Below are positions 1 through 9,623 of a stretch of 32,000 nt of DNA, piece after piece; positions within the stretch are counted from its first letter, which is position 1; the number at the start of each line of letters is the position of its first letter. The stretch spans positions 1 to 32,000 of the forward strand of contig MTSL01000048.1 in NCBI GenBank assembly GCA_002794465.1, written 5' to 3'. The notes beneath the pieces were generated by a model that saw only the letters and a list, made by a program, of their open reading frames with translations, was not told the DNA's origin and made no database searches. A program made the translations under genes and the position numbers. This DNA is from Paramicrosporidium saccamoebae KSL3. Its lineage: Eukaryota > Fungi > Cryptomycota.

Positions 1-102
1 GCAAGTCGTCTAGCACGTCCTCCAAAAGCTCCTCTTCGTAAATAACGATATAGTATGGCCCATTAGATAAATAACCGCAGCTGGCTTGATGTAAATTTTG
101 GT

Positions 103-1521
103 TTATTCAGTTTGTATAGTTCTCCGGTAAAAGACAATGTAGGCATGGCGGCAAGAATGAGCCGCAGCTTCTGATATCAGGGAGACACTAGAATCGCTGA
201 TCCGGTACCATCGATCGTCGCGATGAACAATAGCAATATAGTGACCGCTATCGGCTGTAGTTCCTTCATGGACAATCATAGCAACAAGTATAAAGCTGGA
301 TTCGCCAATAGATAGTCTAGGGGCTAGACGAATGTCTCGATGGTCTTTGCCATATCCAAACGACGATTTCCGTCTCCTCCCAGACGTCTTAGAAATGGAA
401 AACCGCTGGAGGTGAATTATGAGACACTGTGGTGTTTCATCCAGAGAATATCTACACGTTGCGGGAGAATATACAACTTTCCTGGCTTCATCAGTTCGAC
501 CCTCTACACCTTTTTTGAAGCAGCTCTCACAGGCAAATGCATTATCCTCTTCAAGCTTTTGGGGTCTCTGCCACGCTTCAATCAAGGCAGCAATGTTCTT
601 TCCATTCCCAGATACGCTGAGAGATTCCAGGGACTTTTCCAACTCGATCTCTGGATCCATTGCCAACGATAAATCGAGGCATGCCTCCTTCTTGGTGATT
701 TTGTTTTGGCATTTTCTACAGTCAACTCGAGCTGTCACGGAGCCTCCAAATACAGTTCGATGAGGTGTAGTGAGCTTGTTCTCTTGTGAAACAAGTCCGT
801 CGTGTTCATCGTCCAAAGCATTGAACAGCAGTCTTAAAAAGTCATGGCTATCTTGTTGTTCATTCCGTTCAAAAAAGTCGTATTTGTTGGAGAGATTGTC
901 GAAGAAATGGGATGGATTTACGGCATTTGCAGTGATGCCCTTTCGTTTACGCGCGGTAACAGAAGACAAGGAAGGATCCCTCATTGAAGACAAAAGGTCA
1001 AACAGGGCGTTTCCAAGAGACCCCAAGGGATCACTGCCAGAAGAACGAAATTCCGTAACAGCCGCCAAGCTCTGCAAGGCAGAATTCATAAAACATGTAT
1101 TTCCCAAATTATGAAGACCGGGAGGAACGGTCACAGAGGAACCAGTCATGATAGGAGCAGTTTCCGGAGGAAGTGGCTCCTCGCACAGTAACAAGTCCTT
1201 AGGAGAATCTTTTACGGGCGGGCCTTTTCTTGCCATGAGCCCCGTAATTGCCCTTAAACAAGCTTCCGTTGTCTCCTTTGTCTTGGCATTCAAACTATCC
1301 ACATCCACAGCATCTCCACACTGGACACAGTGGAGGTGTCCCGCCGGTACCACCCAGGCTAATGGATGGTTTTTTGTTCTTCCATGCGTCGTAAACTTGC
1401 TCTTCTCGTCCCAATCACGAAAACACGTGAGACACACCCATCCAGTGCCTGCGCCAAGAAGAGATGCACTGCTAATGCGACGCTCACTGAGACATGTGAC
1501 ATGGCGACATGATTTAGGCAT
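103..1521 (-). CDS. Ubiquitin C-terminal hydrolase (USP, peptidase C19) with N-terminal zf-UBP-like finger, USP16/45-like
   Basis: Cys box GLHNLGNTCFMNSALQ, QQDSHDF, LIIHLQRF, His box GHY and ISD. N-terminal CRHV..WVCLTC..H..HPL..HCVQC resembles zf-UBP. First ATG is at 1521 (the ORF-track start at 1530 is TTG); 472 aa. Subfamily assignment is tentative. Confidence 0.92.
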   Translation of the reverse strand: MPKSCRHVTCLSERRISSASLLGAGTGWVCLTCFRDWDEKSKFTTHGRTKNHPLAWVVPAGHLHCVQCGDAVDVDSLNAKTKETTEACLRAITGLMARKGPPVKDSPKDLLLCEEPLPPETAPIMTGSSVTVPPGLHNLGNTCFMNSALQSLAAVTEFRSSGSDPLGSLGNALFDLLSSMRDPSLSSVTARKRKGITANAVNPSHFFDNLSNKYDFFERNEQQDSHDFLRLLFNALDDEHDGLVSQENKLTTPHRTVFGGSVTARVDCRKCQNKITKKEACLDLSLAMDPEIELEKSLESLSVSGNGKNIAALIEAWQRPQKLEEDNAFACESCFKKGVEGRTDEARKVVYSPATCRYSLDETPQCLIIHLQRFSISKTSGRRRKSSFGYGKDHRDIRLAPRLSIGESSFILVAMIVHEGTTADSGHYIAIVHRDDRWYRISDSSVSLISEAAAHSCRHAYIVFYRRTIQTE

Positions 1522-2248
1522 GGGTATCAAAGTCTGAGCACGTCTAAAGTGGCAGCCGTCCTGTTATTAGAGATTCTATCCACGCTGAGGGGAGTTTCAG
1601 ACTGTCGCGGTGATCATTACATTGGCAGATAAGAAAAAGCATAGCGAGAAAAGGCCTAAATATGTTTTACCTACAATGCTATATTTACTCTAATAAACGT
1701 CGAGCAAACCCATCATACTGATTAACAATTTAGCAATCTGAATCTATGAACGTCGGAATCAAGACTATCACAGAGCGATTAAGGCTTTGGATGCCATCTT
1801 GGAGTTGTGATTTTTACATCTGACTGAAAACAATGTACAGAGTTTGGTCGGTATAAAGAGAGTTGTGCAAAAACTTGATGGATACGCATGGGAGATCTCG
1901 GAAGAAAATTGTGTGTTTATAGAGCTTAAAAGAATGCCGAGTATCTATTACGATTGCAATTGTGACGTAGAAGACTGATTAGTATGTCTTTTGGAAATAG
2001 TTCTCTAGTTTGGAGAAGGGATAATCAGAACAATCGATGAAGGATAATGAGATCTTTACCATTTGAGGATTATGTTATTTGTGAGACTATAAATGGGCTA
2101 TTGGATTAAAAATGAGCGGGTTCTCTTCCCGCTTGATAAAGTCCGTGGTATTATCCCCACTACGCGACACAATGATAAACGAACCAAAGCCCAGCTTTAT
2201 TCCACTCGACAGGTGTATTGAAGAGCTACACTTCGGCCCCCAGGGCTA

Positions 2249-2728
2249 ATGTCGGCCACACCCAACGAAACTACGCTAGCCGACCTTGAGACACTAGCCG
2301 ACAACTTTTCTAGTAGCAAGACAGTAGTAGACAGTTGGCTAAAGCTAGCAGGCAAGAAGCTTCCGGCAACCTCTAACATTCAGGCCGAATACAACGATAC
2401 CAACGCCACTCGCCCTTTACGCCTCGGCATAGGAGCGAAGCCTTCTGCGGACAAGAAGCAGGAACATGAATCAATATTTTCAAATTACAAACTAAAAATG
2501 CAACTTACTGGGAAAGAACAACTCGGTGAGGGAAAACAGGGTAAGCTTCGATCCCAGCTCGGACCTATGAACACCAGCAAGAGGCCGGCCACTAAGCCAC
2601 TGAGACCCGTGAATGAGGAAGAGAGTAGATCGCAGAGTGTAGGCAAGGGAACTAAAGCAGCAGCAACAGCATCGGCTGTCCCTTCGTACGTCGGCGGCCG
2701 TAAGGGGAAAAAGAATAAATCTGTATAG
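2249..2728 (+). CDS. Small basic, low-complexity protein of unknown function (possibly DUF3245-like)
   Basis: ATG-initiated 159-aa ORF filling the gap between flanking genes. The motifs RPLRLGIGAKP and EEESRSQSVGK recall a conserved fungal DUF (from memory, not searched). Lys-rich C-terminus. Confidence 0.6.
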   Translation: MSATPNETTLADLETLADNFSSSKTVVDSWLKLAGKKLPATSNIQAEYNDTNATRPLRLGIGAKPSADKKQEHESIFSNYKLKMQLTGKEQLGEGKQGKLRSQLGPMNTSKRPATKPLRPVNEEESRSQSVGKGTKAAATASAVPSYVGGRKGKKNKSV

Positions 2729-2954
2729 AACACCACTATTGAGTGTTGCGATTCTAGATTCGTAGATAAACGTGTCAGATGTTGGGCTCATACATGTGTA
2801 TTGAACACTTTGAGGGCCGCACTTGGGAATTGAGTGTACAGGTTTGAACAGGATCCTCCTCCCCCTCCAGTGCAACGTTTTCAAATCTACATACCCGATT
2901 TTGCACTGCGCGTTCTTAAATTACCCATTTAGCATCTCTTTATTAGCAAATCAT

Positions 2955-3842
2955 TTACAGAGCCAGAGCGAGGGGAACAAGAACTGCAGCAGCAACCATC
3001 GCAGCGGCAGCCTTGACGTTCTCGGCGCCATTCCCTTCCTTCTTGGCGGCACCTTGTACCTTTGGCTTGGGTGGCTCAACCTTGGGCATCTTCTTCTTTT
3101 CGTCCTTCTTCTTCTCATCTTCCTTCTTCTCAACGGGAGCGGGGGGAGGAGTGGGCTGGACGGCGAATGCCATGCTGTTGCCACCCATATCGTTGGCCAT
3201 GCTGGGTCCAGCCAGAGGCAAGCCTTGTCCAGAAACGCTAATGTAGACATCACCAGTCATCAGATTGGGGTCGTTGGGGACGGCCCAGGTGTAGCCCTTC
3301 AGGGTGGAGCTAACAGTGGCAATCTCGAGGAGCGGAGTTGGGTTACCAACACGGTAAACGGCAATATCGACCATGGCGGGGTAGTTGCTAGTGATGGGGA
3401 AGTCCCACTTGATCTGGCAGTTGGTGCCAATGGCACATGGGCAGTCCTTGTTGGGGGATGTAACAAGGAAGGTGTTTACGGCATTGGGGACATCATTGAG
3501 AATGGTGAATGTGCTTGATAGACCCTCAGAGGCACCGGGTTGGGGCGCTTGGGATCCCCAGACACGCAGACAGTACCCAGCGGCAGTCTTGAGCTCAGAG
3601 GGGATCTTCCAGGAGTACTTTCCAGCCTCGCCAGGAACACCGGACGCGATCATCAACGGGAATTGGAGCACGTCGGGGTACATATCGACCAAGTCAATGT
3701 TCACGAACCCAGTGTTGGAGCCATCCCACTGGATGTTCATCACATCACCAGCACTGTAGGTCATGTTTCCGGGGGAGATCACCTTGGGGTTGCCTGCAGC
3801 GACCACTGCGAGAAATAGGGAGGCGGCGAGGGAAAAGATCAT
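2955..3842 (-). CDS. Predicted GPI-anchored surface protein with two Kre9/Knh1-N-terminal-like Ig domains and a Lys/Glu/Pro-rich stalk
   Basis: ATG at 3842 gives signal peptide MIFSLAASLFLAVVAA. Two similar modules (VISPG..YSAGDVMNIQWD and VTSPN..CAIGTNCQIKWD, each followed by YxWxVP/IP), a PTPPPAP-KKEDEKKKDEKKK stalk, then NGA plus hydrophobic tail AAAAMVAAAVLVPLALAL. 295 aa. Confidence 0.8.
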   Translation of the reverse strand: MIFSLAASLFLAVVAAGNPKVISPGNMTYSAGDVMNIQWDGSNTGFVNIDLVDMYPDVLQFPLMIASGVPGEAGKYSWKIPSELKTAAGYCLRVWGSQAPQPGASEGLSSTFTILNDVPNAVNTFLVTSPNKDCPCAIGTNCQIKWDFPITSNYPAMVDIAVYRVGNPTPLLEIATVSSTLKGYTWAVPNDPNLMTGDVYISVSGQGLPLAGPSMANDMGGNSMAFAVQPTPPPAPVEKKEDEKKKDEKKKMPKVEPPKPKVQGAAKKEGNGAENVKAAAAMVAAAVLVPLALAL

Positions 3843-3978
3843 GGTTCGACTCTGTCGGTTTGTTGACGCTGGTAATGCAATGCCACAACAAAGCCCTTTT
3901 ATAGCCCGCCAATGTTTGGATAGAGCACTTGCTCTGTTGTCATGGTGCTCTTCCCGATGGTAGCCAATCAGGACGTCC
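3843..3978. promoter_or_regulatory. Probable bidirectional promoter (136 bp) between the GPI protein and dephospho-CoA kinase
   Basis: Head-to-head ATGs at 3842 (-) and 3979 (+). Inferred from geometry only. Confidence 0.5.
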
Positions 3979-4656
3979 ATGCAACTTATTGGATTAACGG
4001 GCGGCATCGCAACGGGGAAGACGACAGCCTCTGCCTATTTACAGCAACAGAATATTCCAGTAATTGATGCAGATTTGTTGTCGAGGCAGGCCTTGGAGCC
4101 CGGGACCAGTGGATATCAAAAGGCGTGTCGGCTGTTCCCTCAGGCTGTGGACAAAGGTGGCCTACTGAATAGAGGGAAGCTTGGAGACATCATATTCAAT
4201 GACGTGGCGGCACGGAAGAAATTGGAAGGAATAATTCACCCAGAAGTACAGTCTGCCATTGTCAAGACAATCATCTGGTATTGGTTTCGAGGCTATTGTC
4301 GAGTGGTCTTGGATATTCCACTCTTGTTTGAAACTCGAATGGACCGCTGGATGTCCTACACAGTCGTTATTACTGTATCCGGAGAGTTGCAGATAGGAAG
4401 ACTGATCGAGCGAAGTCATTTGACGCTGGAGCAGGCCGAGAGTCGGATTGCCGCTCAAATGCCAATCAATACAAAGTGTAAACTGGCTGATGTAGTCATC
4501 CAGAATGATGGCGACATTGGGGCTCTATACAAGCTTCTTGACGTGGCGGTTGTCCGTAGGAGGCCGAATTTTCTAATCCACACAGTCTTATTGTATGCAG
4601 CCCCGCTACTGGGATCTTTGGCATTGATTGTCGTAGGCCTACTCAAGGTCTTTTAA
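3979..4656 (+). CDS. CAB5: Dephospho-CoA kinase (CAB5/DCAKD family)
   Basis: IGLTGGIATGKTT P-loop, VIDAD, LNRGKLGDIIF, LEGIIHP, VVLDIPLLFE, RIAAQMP, ADVVIQNDG; C-terminal hydrophobic anchor as in DCAKD. 225 aa. Confidence 0.96.
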   Translation: MQLIGLTGGIATGKTTASAYLQQQNIPVIDADLLSRQALEPGTSGYQKACRLFPQAVDKGGLLNRGKLGDIIFNDVAARKKLEGIIHPEVQSAIVKTIIWYWFRGYCRVVLDIPLLFETRMDRWMSYTVVITVSGELQIGRLIERSHLTLEQAESRIAAQMPINTKCKLADVVIQNDGDIGALYKLLDVAVVRRRPNFLIHTVLLYAAPLLGSLALIVVGLLKVF

Positions 4657-5212
4657 TTTGGTGGACTAATCGACACGTTCTTTGTACAAAATGGACCAAT
4701 TGTAAAGGGGAAGGGCAAGACACGCGATGGAAATAATGCCGCCATACCCATTTATGCAGATTGACAAAACTAGTGGTAGGTCGTTGGATGGGTAATAAAC
4801 AAATCCTCTTCCTGTCTAATCCACCACGCATCACACCCCCAACCACGCAACACTGTTGTAACATTGTTCATAAATCGACATTACTAAATTATTTCTGCTT
4901 CTTCGTCTCGCTCGGTACCGTCTTCTTTCCTTTCCCTGCCTTGATCATGACCAACGCGATGAGTGTCGAAATGCCCGTCACACCCAGAACCAACAACGTC
5001 AGCGGCACTGCAACAGCATAATATCGGTCGGGGAAGTACGCCTGGAACGGATGGTCGGCATCCACAAACGGCTATCAATGAACATGGGCTCAGAAAGGTA
5101 CGAGGACAAGTGTCCAGATGGTATAATAGGAAAAGACGGCGGTAGCGACGGCTAGGAGGAGACCGCCGAGGGCTTTGTCTTCGATTGCCATTGATTGGCG
5201 GGCCGCTCACCC

Positions 5213-5942
5213 ATGGGCGAGGGGATGGATTTAGTCGATTTGAATTCGATGCTGGAGCTGGAGCCCATAAGCAATGAAGAGAACAAGACGACCGAAAACA
5301 GAAACGTGACGAGACCACAAATGAGGATAATGGACCTCGGCATGTCGGAAGCCGTTTTTTCCGGTACATATGCTAGTAGTATATATCACTCCCTAGAATG
5401 TAGCCCACTAGAGGATATCAATATGATGAGCGGACTGCTAGTATCCAGTCCACCGATGAAAAAGTCGAGCGACATCAAATTGCCATCGCCATACCAATGC
5501 CGCGACTCCCGTCCCATCAAGCACGACAATCCGATCCCGATTGACGAGACGGAAAAGACGGAGCTACCGACAGTACGGAAAAATAAAATCGATATATAAT
5601 CTTCATGTCTTGTCAACGTCTACTCAATCTCTGCCAGAGTATGCCGTTGCTGTATTTCATGGTTTAGCAAAAGGATACGAGCGACTGTTGCCGTATGCAC
5701 AGCGAATTGTCGCGGGTTCGGAAAGTGGAAAGCAGGGCCATATAGAAGCTGCAGAAATGTTCATCCGCGCTTCTGTCGAACACGATGTATTGCAATCTTT
5801 CATTGTGGTGATAGTGTAATAGCAACTGATGGAAAAATTGTTTCCGACATCGACGCTTCCTTCAAATGAGAGGCTGAAGCGAGTTGCTGCATATTGTGGA
5901 TTACAAATGCCGAAAACACTCGAGCAGGAGGCATCCAAATAA
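5213..5942 (+). CDS. Possible spliced hypothetical protein (structure unresolved)
   Basis: Overlapping + ORFs 5195-5599 and 5541-5819. A GTA..TAG 36-nt segment at 5787-5822 removes two stops and extends the frame to QLMEKLF...EQEASK* (5942). Another GTA..TAG 33-mer lies at 5364-5396. I could not find a short-intron junction between the two ORFs and recognise no motif. Confidence 0.25.
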
Positions 5943-6006
5943 ACGACGTTTTATGAGGTCAACAATACACAAAATTGGTGTTTCCATTTACTGGGGTAAG
6001 GGGCGC

Positions 6007-7953
6007 ATGACAGACTCGCCACGTCAAGCCCAAATCCCCACAACCACAATTGCCTTCCTTGTCTGGTATTTTTATCCAGTACGCTCTCACCATCTAGCCA
6101 TGTTTGCCTAGAGCGCATGCAATCACCATTCTCGACGCGGTGTGGACATAGTTTCTGCCACGATTGCATTGTCAGGCAAATTGAGTATAATCCAGTGTGC
6201 CCTACATGCAGCTTACCCGTAACCCGGGAGGATGTCTTTCCAAACTTCACCCGTACCATTTTCAGAGGTTTTGCTGAGATTTAGTGGAGGCGGCTCTTAG
6301 GTCGCAGGAGAATCCCGAGCAGGACGAAGAGTCCTCTGATCTTTCTAGTCTTCCCCGTAGAGCTCAATTTCCTGCTTTCATGCTGTAGAATTACGACGAC
6401 GCATTGATATTTTGGTTGCACGCAAGAGACGCCTGGAGAAGGAGCAGAAGACTATGGAAACAAGGTCACTGTTAGAGTTTCTTGTTATTGCCCGCTCACA
6501 GAAACAGGAGGCGCTGGAAAAGGTCTCTGGGGAGTTGACAATGCTGGACAGGGATATAATCCGTGTTAAGCAGCGCATTGAACGAGAACTATCCGAATCG
6601 CAGCCCAGCCTTTCGCTAAACAACGAGGGTGAGCCTGAGGTGCCGGTGATCCAAGAGGATATCATCAGGGCGAGCAAACGAGTATTCTTAGATGCTTCGG
6701 GCGAAAAAGGTGCCGAGGTAGCAGAGCTGTCTGCTCCATTAGGCGTTGAGATAACAGAATTGTCTGCTCCATTAGGCGCCGATTCTACTGCATCGGCAGC
6801 CAGACCAACCGAGGTTGCAGAGTCACTTGCCCCTAACTCTAAAGCAATCATCCACGAGCATTTCGCAGATCTGCAAGCCTGCTATTTCGATGAGTCAGTC
6901 GAAGATCCCCTCGAATACTTTGGTAAGAAAATTTCCAAATTGACCAAGCTTACGAGGATAAGACAAGTTTCTGCGCTAAAATTGGGCGATGTTGCCGGAT
7001 CCTCCAACATTATCTCAAGCATTGAGTTTGATCGTCATGGACAGCTGTTTGCAACTGCCGGCGTGTCTAAAAAGATTCGATTTTACGAGTTTCGGGATAC
7101 AATGAATCAGACCATGGATCTCCATTGTCCAGTTCGTGAGATTCAGTGCAAGTCTAAAGTGAGTTGCATATCTTGGAATCCGTATATTCAACATCAACTT
7201 GCTTCGGCAGACTATGAAGGTCTGATTACCGTGTACGATTCAAACACTGGACTGGCTGTTTCCCATTTGGAGGAGCACGAAAAACGCAGCTGGAGCGTCG
7301 ATTTCAGCACCACAGACCCCACGAGACTTGCCTCTGGATCTGATGATTGCTATGTAAAGCTATGGTCGCTAAAGTCCCGCAAGTCGATTCTCACCATCGA
7401 CGGCAAGGCAAACATTTGCTCGGTTCGCTTTCATCCCGACCATGGACATTTGCTGGCATTTGGTTCTGCAGATCATAATGTCCATCTGTATGATTTGAGA
7501 TTTGCCGGTAAGCCTCTGGATATTTTGCGTGGACACAAGAAGGCAGTCTCATATGTTAGATTTGCAGACAATGCGAGCATTGTTTCCGCATCAACAGATT
7601 GCACATTGAGGCTTTGGTCTTTGCCGGGACAAGATGATACCATGCTTCCTGCAGATAGCTCCAAACTGACTCGCACATTTTCCGGACACTTGAACGAAAA
7701 GAACTTTGTGGGCCTTGGAGTGCAAGGAGATTTATTCGCCTGTGGATCAGAAAACAACTCTGTATATGTGTACCATCGTGACTTGTCTAAACCCATCGCC
7801 ACCTTCCGGTTTTCGTCTACGTGTCCATTGACTGAGAGCAGCATTGAGAACGAGGTCCAACAATTTGTAAGTAGCTTGTGTTGGAAGAAGGACTCTAACC
7901 TTATGGTCGCTGCAAATAGCCAAGGCAATATTCGCATCCTGGAGATCGTATAA
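6007..7953 (+). CDS. COP1: E3 ubiquitin ligase COP1/RFWD2 (RING, coiled coil, WD40)
   Basis: join(6007-6065,6098-6252,6285-6356,6389-7953), 616 aa, three 32-nt GT-AG introns. Splicing restores the RING CHVC...TRCGHSFCHDC...CPTC...FPNF. WD40 motifs SSIEFDR..FATAGVSKKI, AFGSADH, GHKKAVSYV, SASTD, GHLNEKNFVGL, ACGSENN, AANSQGNI match plant and animal COP1. Confidence 0.95.
6715..6780 (+). repeat. 33-bp in-frame tandem duplication in the COP1 linker (EVAELSAPLGV / EITELSAPLGA)
   Basis: Identical 18-mer TGTCTGCTCCATTAGGCG at 6728 and 6761. Confidence 0.9.
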
Positions 7954-7985
7954 TAAAACCGGCGTTGCTATGATTGGTCGGCTAA

Positions 7986-9623
7986 ATGACCGTTACCAAT
8001 ACTAAGAGGAAGGCTTCTTTGGCCAAGCCTGACGATGGTAGGGCCTGCGGTGAATGTTCTAACAAGTTATTAGGTCCCGAGACTGTTGGGATACGGTACA
8101 GTTGTGACTATTGCTACAAGGATATCTCCTCGATCGTACGCCTGCAGTGCGCAGAATGTGGACTTCCTGCACCCGCAGGGACTGTTCAAGAGGGAGCCAG
8201 CGCCACTGGCACCACTAGTGCTACTGGAGCTTTCTCTGCCCACTCCAACTTGGAGGAGGTAGACCTGTGCGTGGAATGCTTTTCTGCTGGAGTCGAGTTT
8301 GGCCAGCATAAAAGGAACCACGCCTACCGGATACTCCGGCCACTTGACTTTGCCGTCTACCGGCTCGACTGGCGCGCCGATGAAGAGATTCTGTTACTGG
8401 AGGCGGTAGAGTCAAACGGCATTGGGAATTGGAATGACGTAGCAGAGCAACTTGGTACGCGGACAGCGGAAGAGTGCAAATCCCATTACATGGAGGTGTA
8501 TATGAAAGTGGAGCCGAATGCGCCTGCTTCACTTGGTAAAGATGGAATAGAAAAGTCGAGAGAGGCTTTGAAGGACGTTAAGAGGAAGCGTCCTCGTTTT
8601 ATGACCAGCGAAGAAGCTATCGCTGCGGCGCCTACTCCGCAAAGCGTCCCTGCTAACCATGAACTCGCCGGCTTTATGCCTCTCCGCGGTGAATTCGAGA
8701 CAGAATTTGAGAATGATGCGGAAGTGGCGATCAAGGACCTAATATTCATGGAAGATGATACGCCTGCAGAGCGACAACTCAAGTTTACCATGTTGGACAT
8801 TTACTCCATGGTGCTGGATAGGAGGGCAGCGAGGAGAGAGTTTTGCTTTTCACATGGACTTGTGGATTTGAAAAAACATCAGTCAGTCGACAAGTCGCGA
8901 TCAAAGGACGAACGGGAAATTTACAACATGTTAAAGCCATTTTCAAGGTTTGTGTCGTCTGAAGATTTGCAAGGACTGCTGGATGGCCTAACGAGGGAGG
9001 AGGAGCTTCGGAGACAGATTTCGCATTTGCAAGAATTGCGTCGACATGGGATCAGGTCCTTTGACGAAGTATCACCGTTTGAATCAGAAAAGAAACATCT
9101 GGAGCTCTATCTGAAAGGTGGCAGTACAATACTAGGTGGACCGCAGGCAAAGACGAATGCTCCCATTGAGGAACCCTTTCCATTGCCTACTCCTGCAAAA
9201 TTCTCAAAGTCCATGACATCCACACAAGCCACGCCAGTGCCCACAACCATCTCCATCCCTCGACCCATGACTGCCGATTCAAGCAACGTCCCCACGCCCA
9301 GTGTCACGCCAGTCAATGGGAGCATTCCGCTGGCGCCTGCCAGTAGCGGTGGCCGAAAGGCATCCACACCGCTTAATATTTCCCATGCGGAAGGGGTGGA
9401 ACTTCTCAGCGAGAAAGAGCGACACTTGTGCTCCATCCTGCGGCTTTACCCGCGACTCTACCTCAGCATCAAGGATACACTGATCAGAGAATATCTCAAG
9501 CTGGGTGGACTGAAGAGGGCACAAGCAAGGGCAGCTGTAAAGATTGATGTCAACAAGACAAGCAAACTGTATGACTTTTTTGTGGCCGCTGGATGGATCA
9601 AGCCGCCTGCTTCTGGAGAATAA
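7986..9623 (+). CDS. ADA2: Transcriptional adapter 2 (SAGA subunit; ZZ, SANT, SWIRM)
   Basis: ZZ finger CDYC..CAEC..DLCVECF..H..H; SANT WRADEEILLLEA..GIGNWNDVA; GFMPLRGEFETEFENDAE; SWIRM LSEKERHLC..KIDVNKTSKLYDFF..GWI. Probable in-frame 36-nt intron at 8038-8073. Confidence 0.96.
   Translation: MTVTNTKRKASLAKPDDGRACGECSNKLLGPETVGIRYSCDYCYKDISSIVRLQCAECGLPAPAGTVQEGASATGTTSATGAFSAHSNLEEVDLCVECFSAGVEFGQHKRNHAYRILRPLDFAVYRLDWRADEEILLLEAVESNGIGNWNDVAEQLGTRTAEECKSHYMEVYMKVEPNAPASLGKDGIEKSREALKDVKRKRPRFMTSEEAIAAAPTPQSVPANHELAGFMPLRGEFETEFENDAEVAIKDLIFMEDDTPAERQLKFTMLDIYSMVLDRRAARREFCFSHGLVDLKKHQSVDKSRSKDEREIYNMLKPFSRFVSSEDLQGLLDGLTREEELRRQISHLQELRRHGIRSFDEVSPFESEKKHLELYLKGGSTILGGPQAKTNAPIEEPFPLPTPAKFSKSMTSTQATPVPTTISIPRPMTADSSNVPTPSVTPVNGSIPLAPASSGGRKASTPLNISHAEGVELLSEKERHLCSILRLYPRLYLSIKDTLIREYLKLGGLKRAQARAAVKIDVNKTSKLYDFFVAAGWIKPPASGE

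Noticed and set aside
1-102. Possible start of a minus-strand gene at the left edge (YYIVIYEEELLEDVLDDL frame; ATG near 63)
   Set aside because: The ATG is in a different frame that stops after 17 codons; too little sequence to support a call.
340-1537. Plus-strand ORFs overlapping the USP gene, and the many other antisense or alternate-frame ORFs in the track (e.g. 2823-3518, 9929-10363, 13795-14418, 14806-15378)
   Set aside because: Shadow ORFs of well-supported genes on the opposite strand; no motifs, many with non-ATG starts.
3843-4007. 55-aa N-terminal extension of the GPI protein (ORF-track start 4007)
   Set aside because: It would overlap the CAB5 start and bury the clear signal peptide that begins at ATG 3842.
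6625-6648. EGEPEVPV in COP1 as an auto-inhibitory VP motif
   Set aside because: The residue after VP is Val rather than the acidic or Ser/Thr residue seen in HY5/Tribbles-type degrons.
9276-9299. DSSNVPTP in neighbouring ADA2 as a COP1 degron
   Set aside because: Loose match within a Ser/Thr/Pro-rich linker where such matches are expected by chance; gene adjacency is no evidence in a eukaryote.
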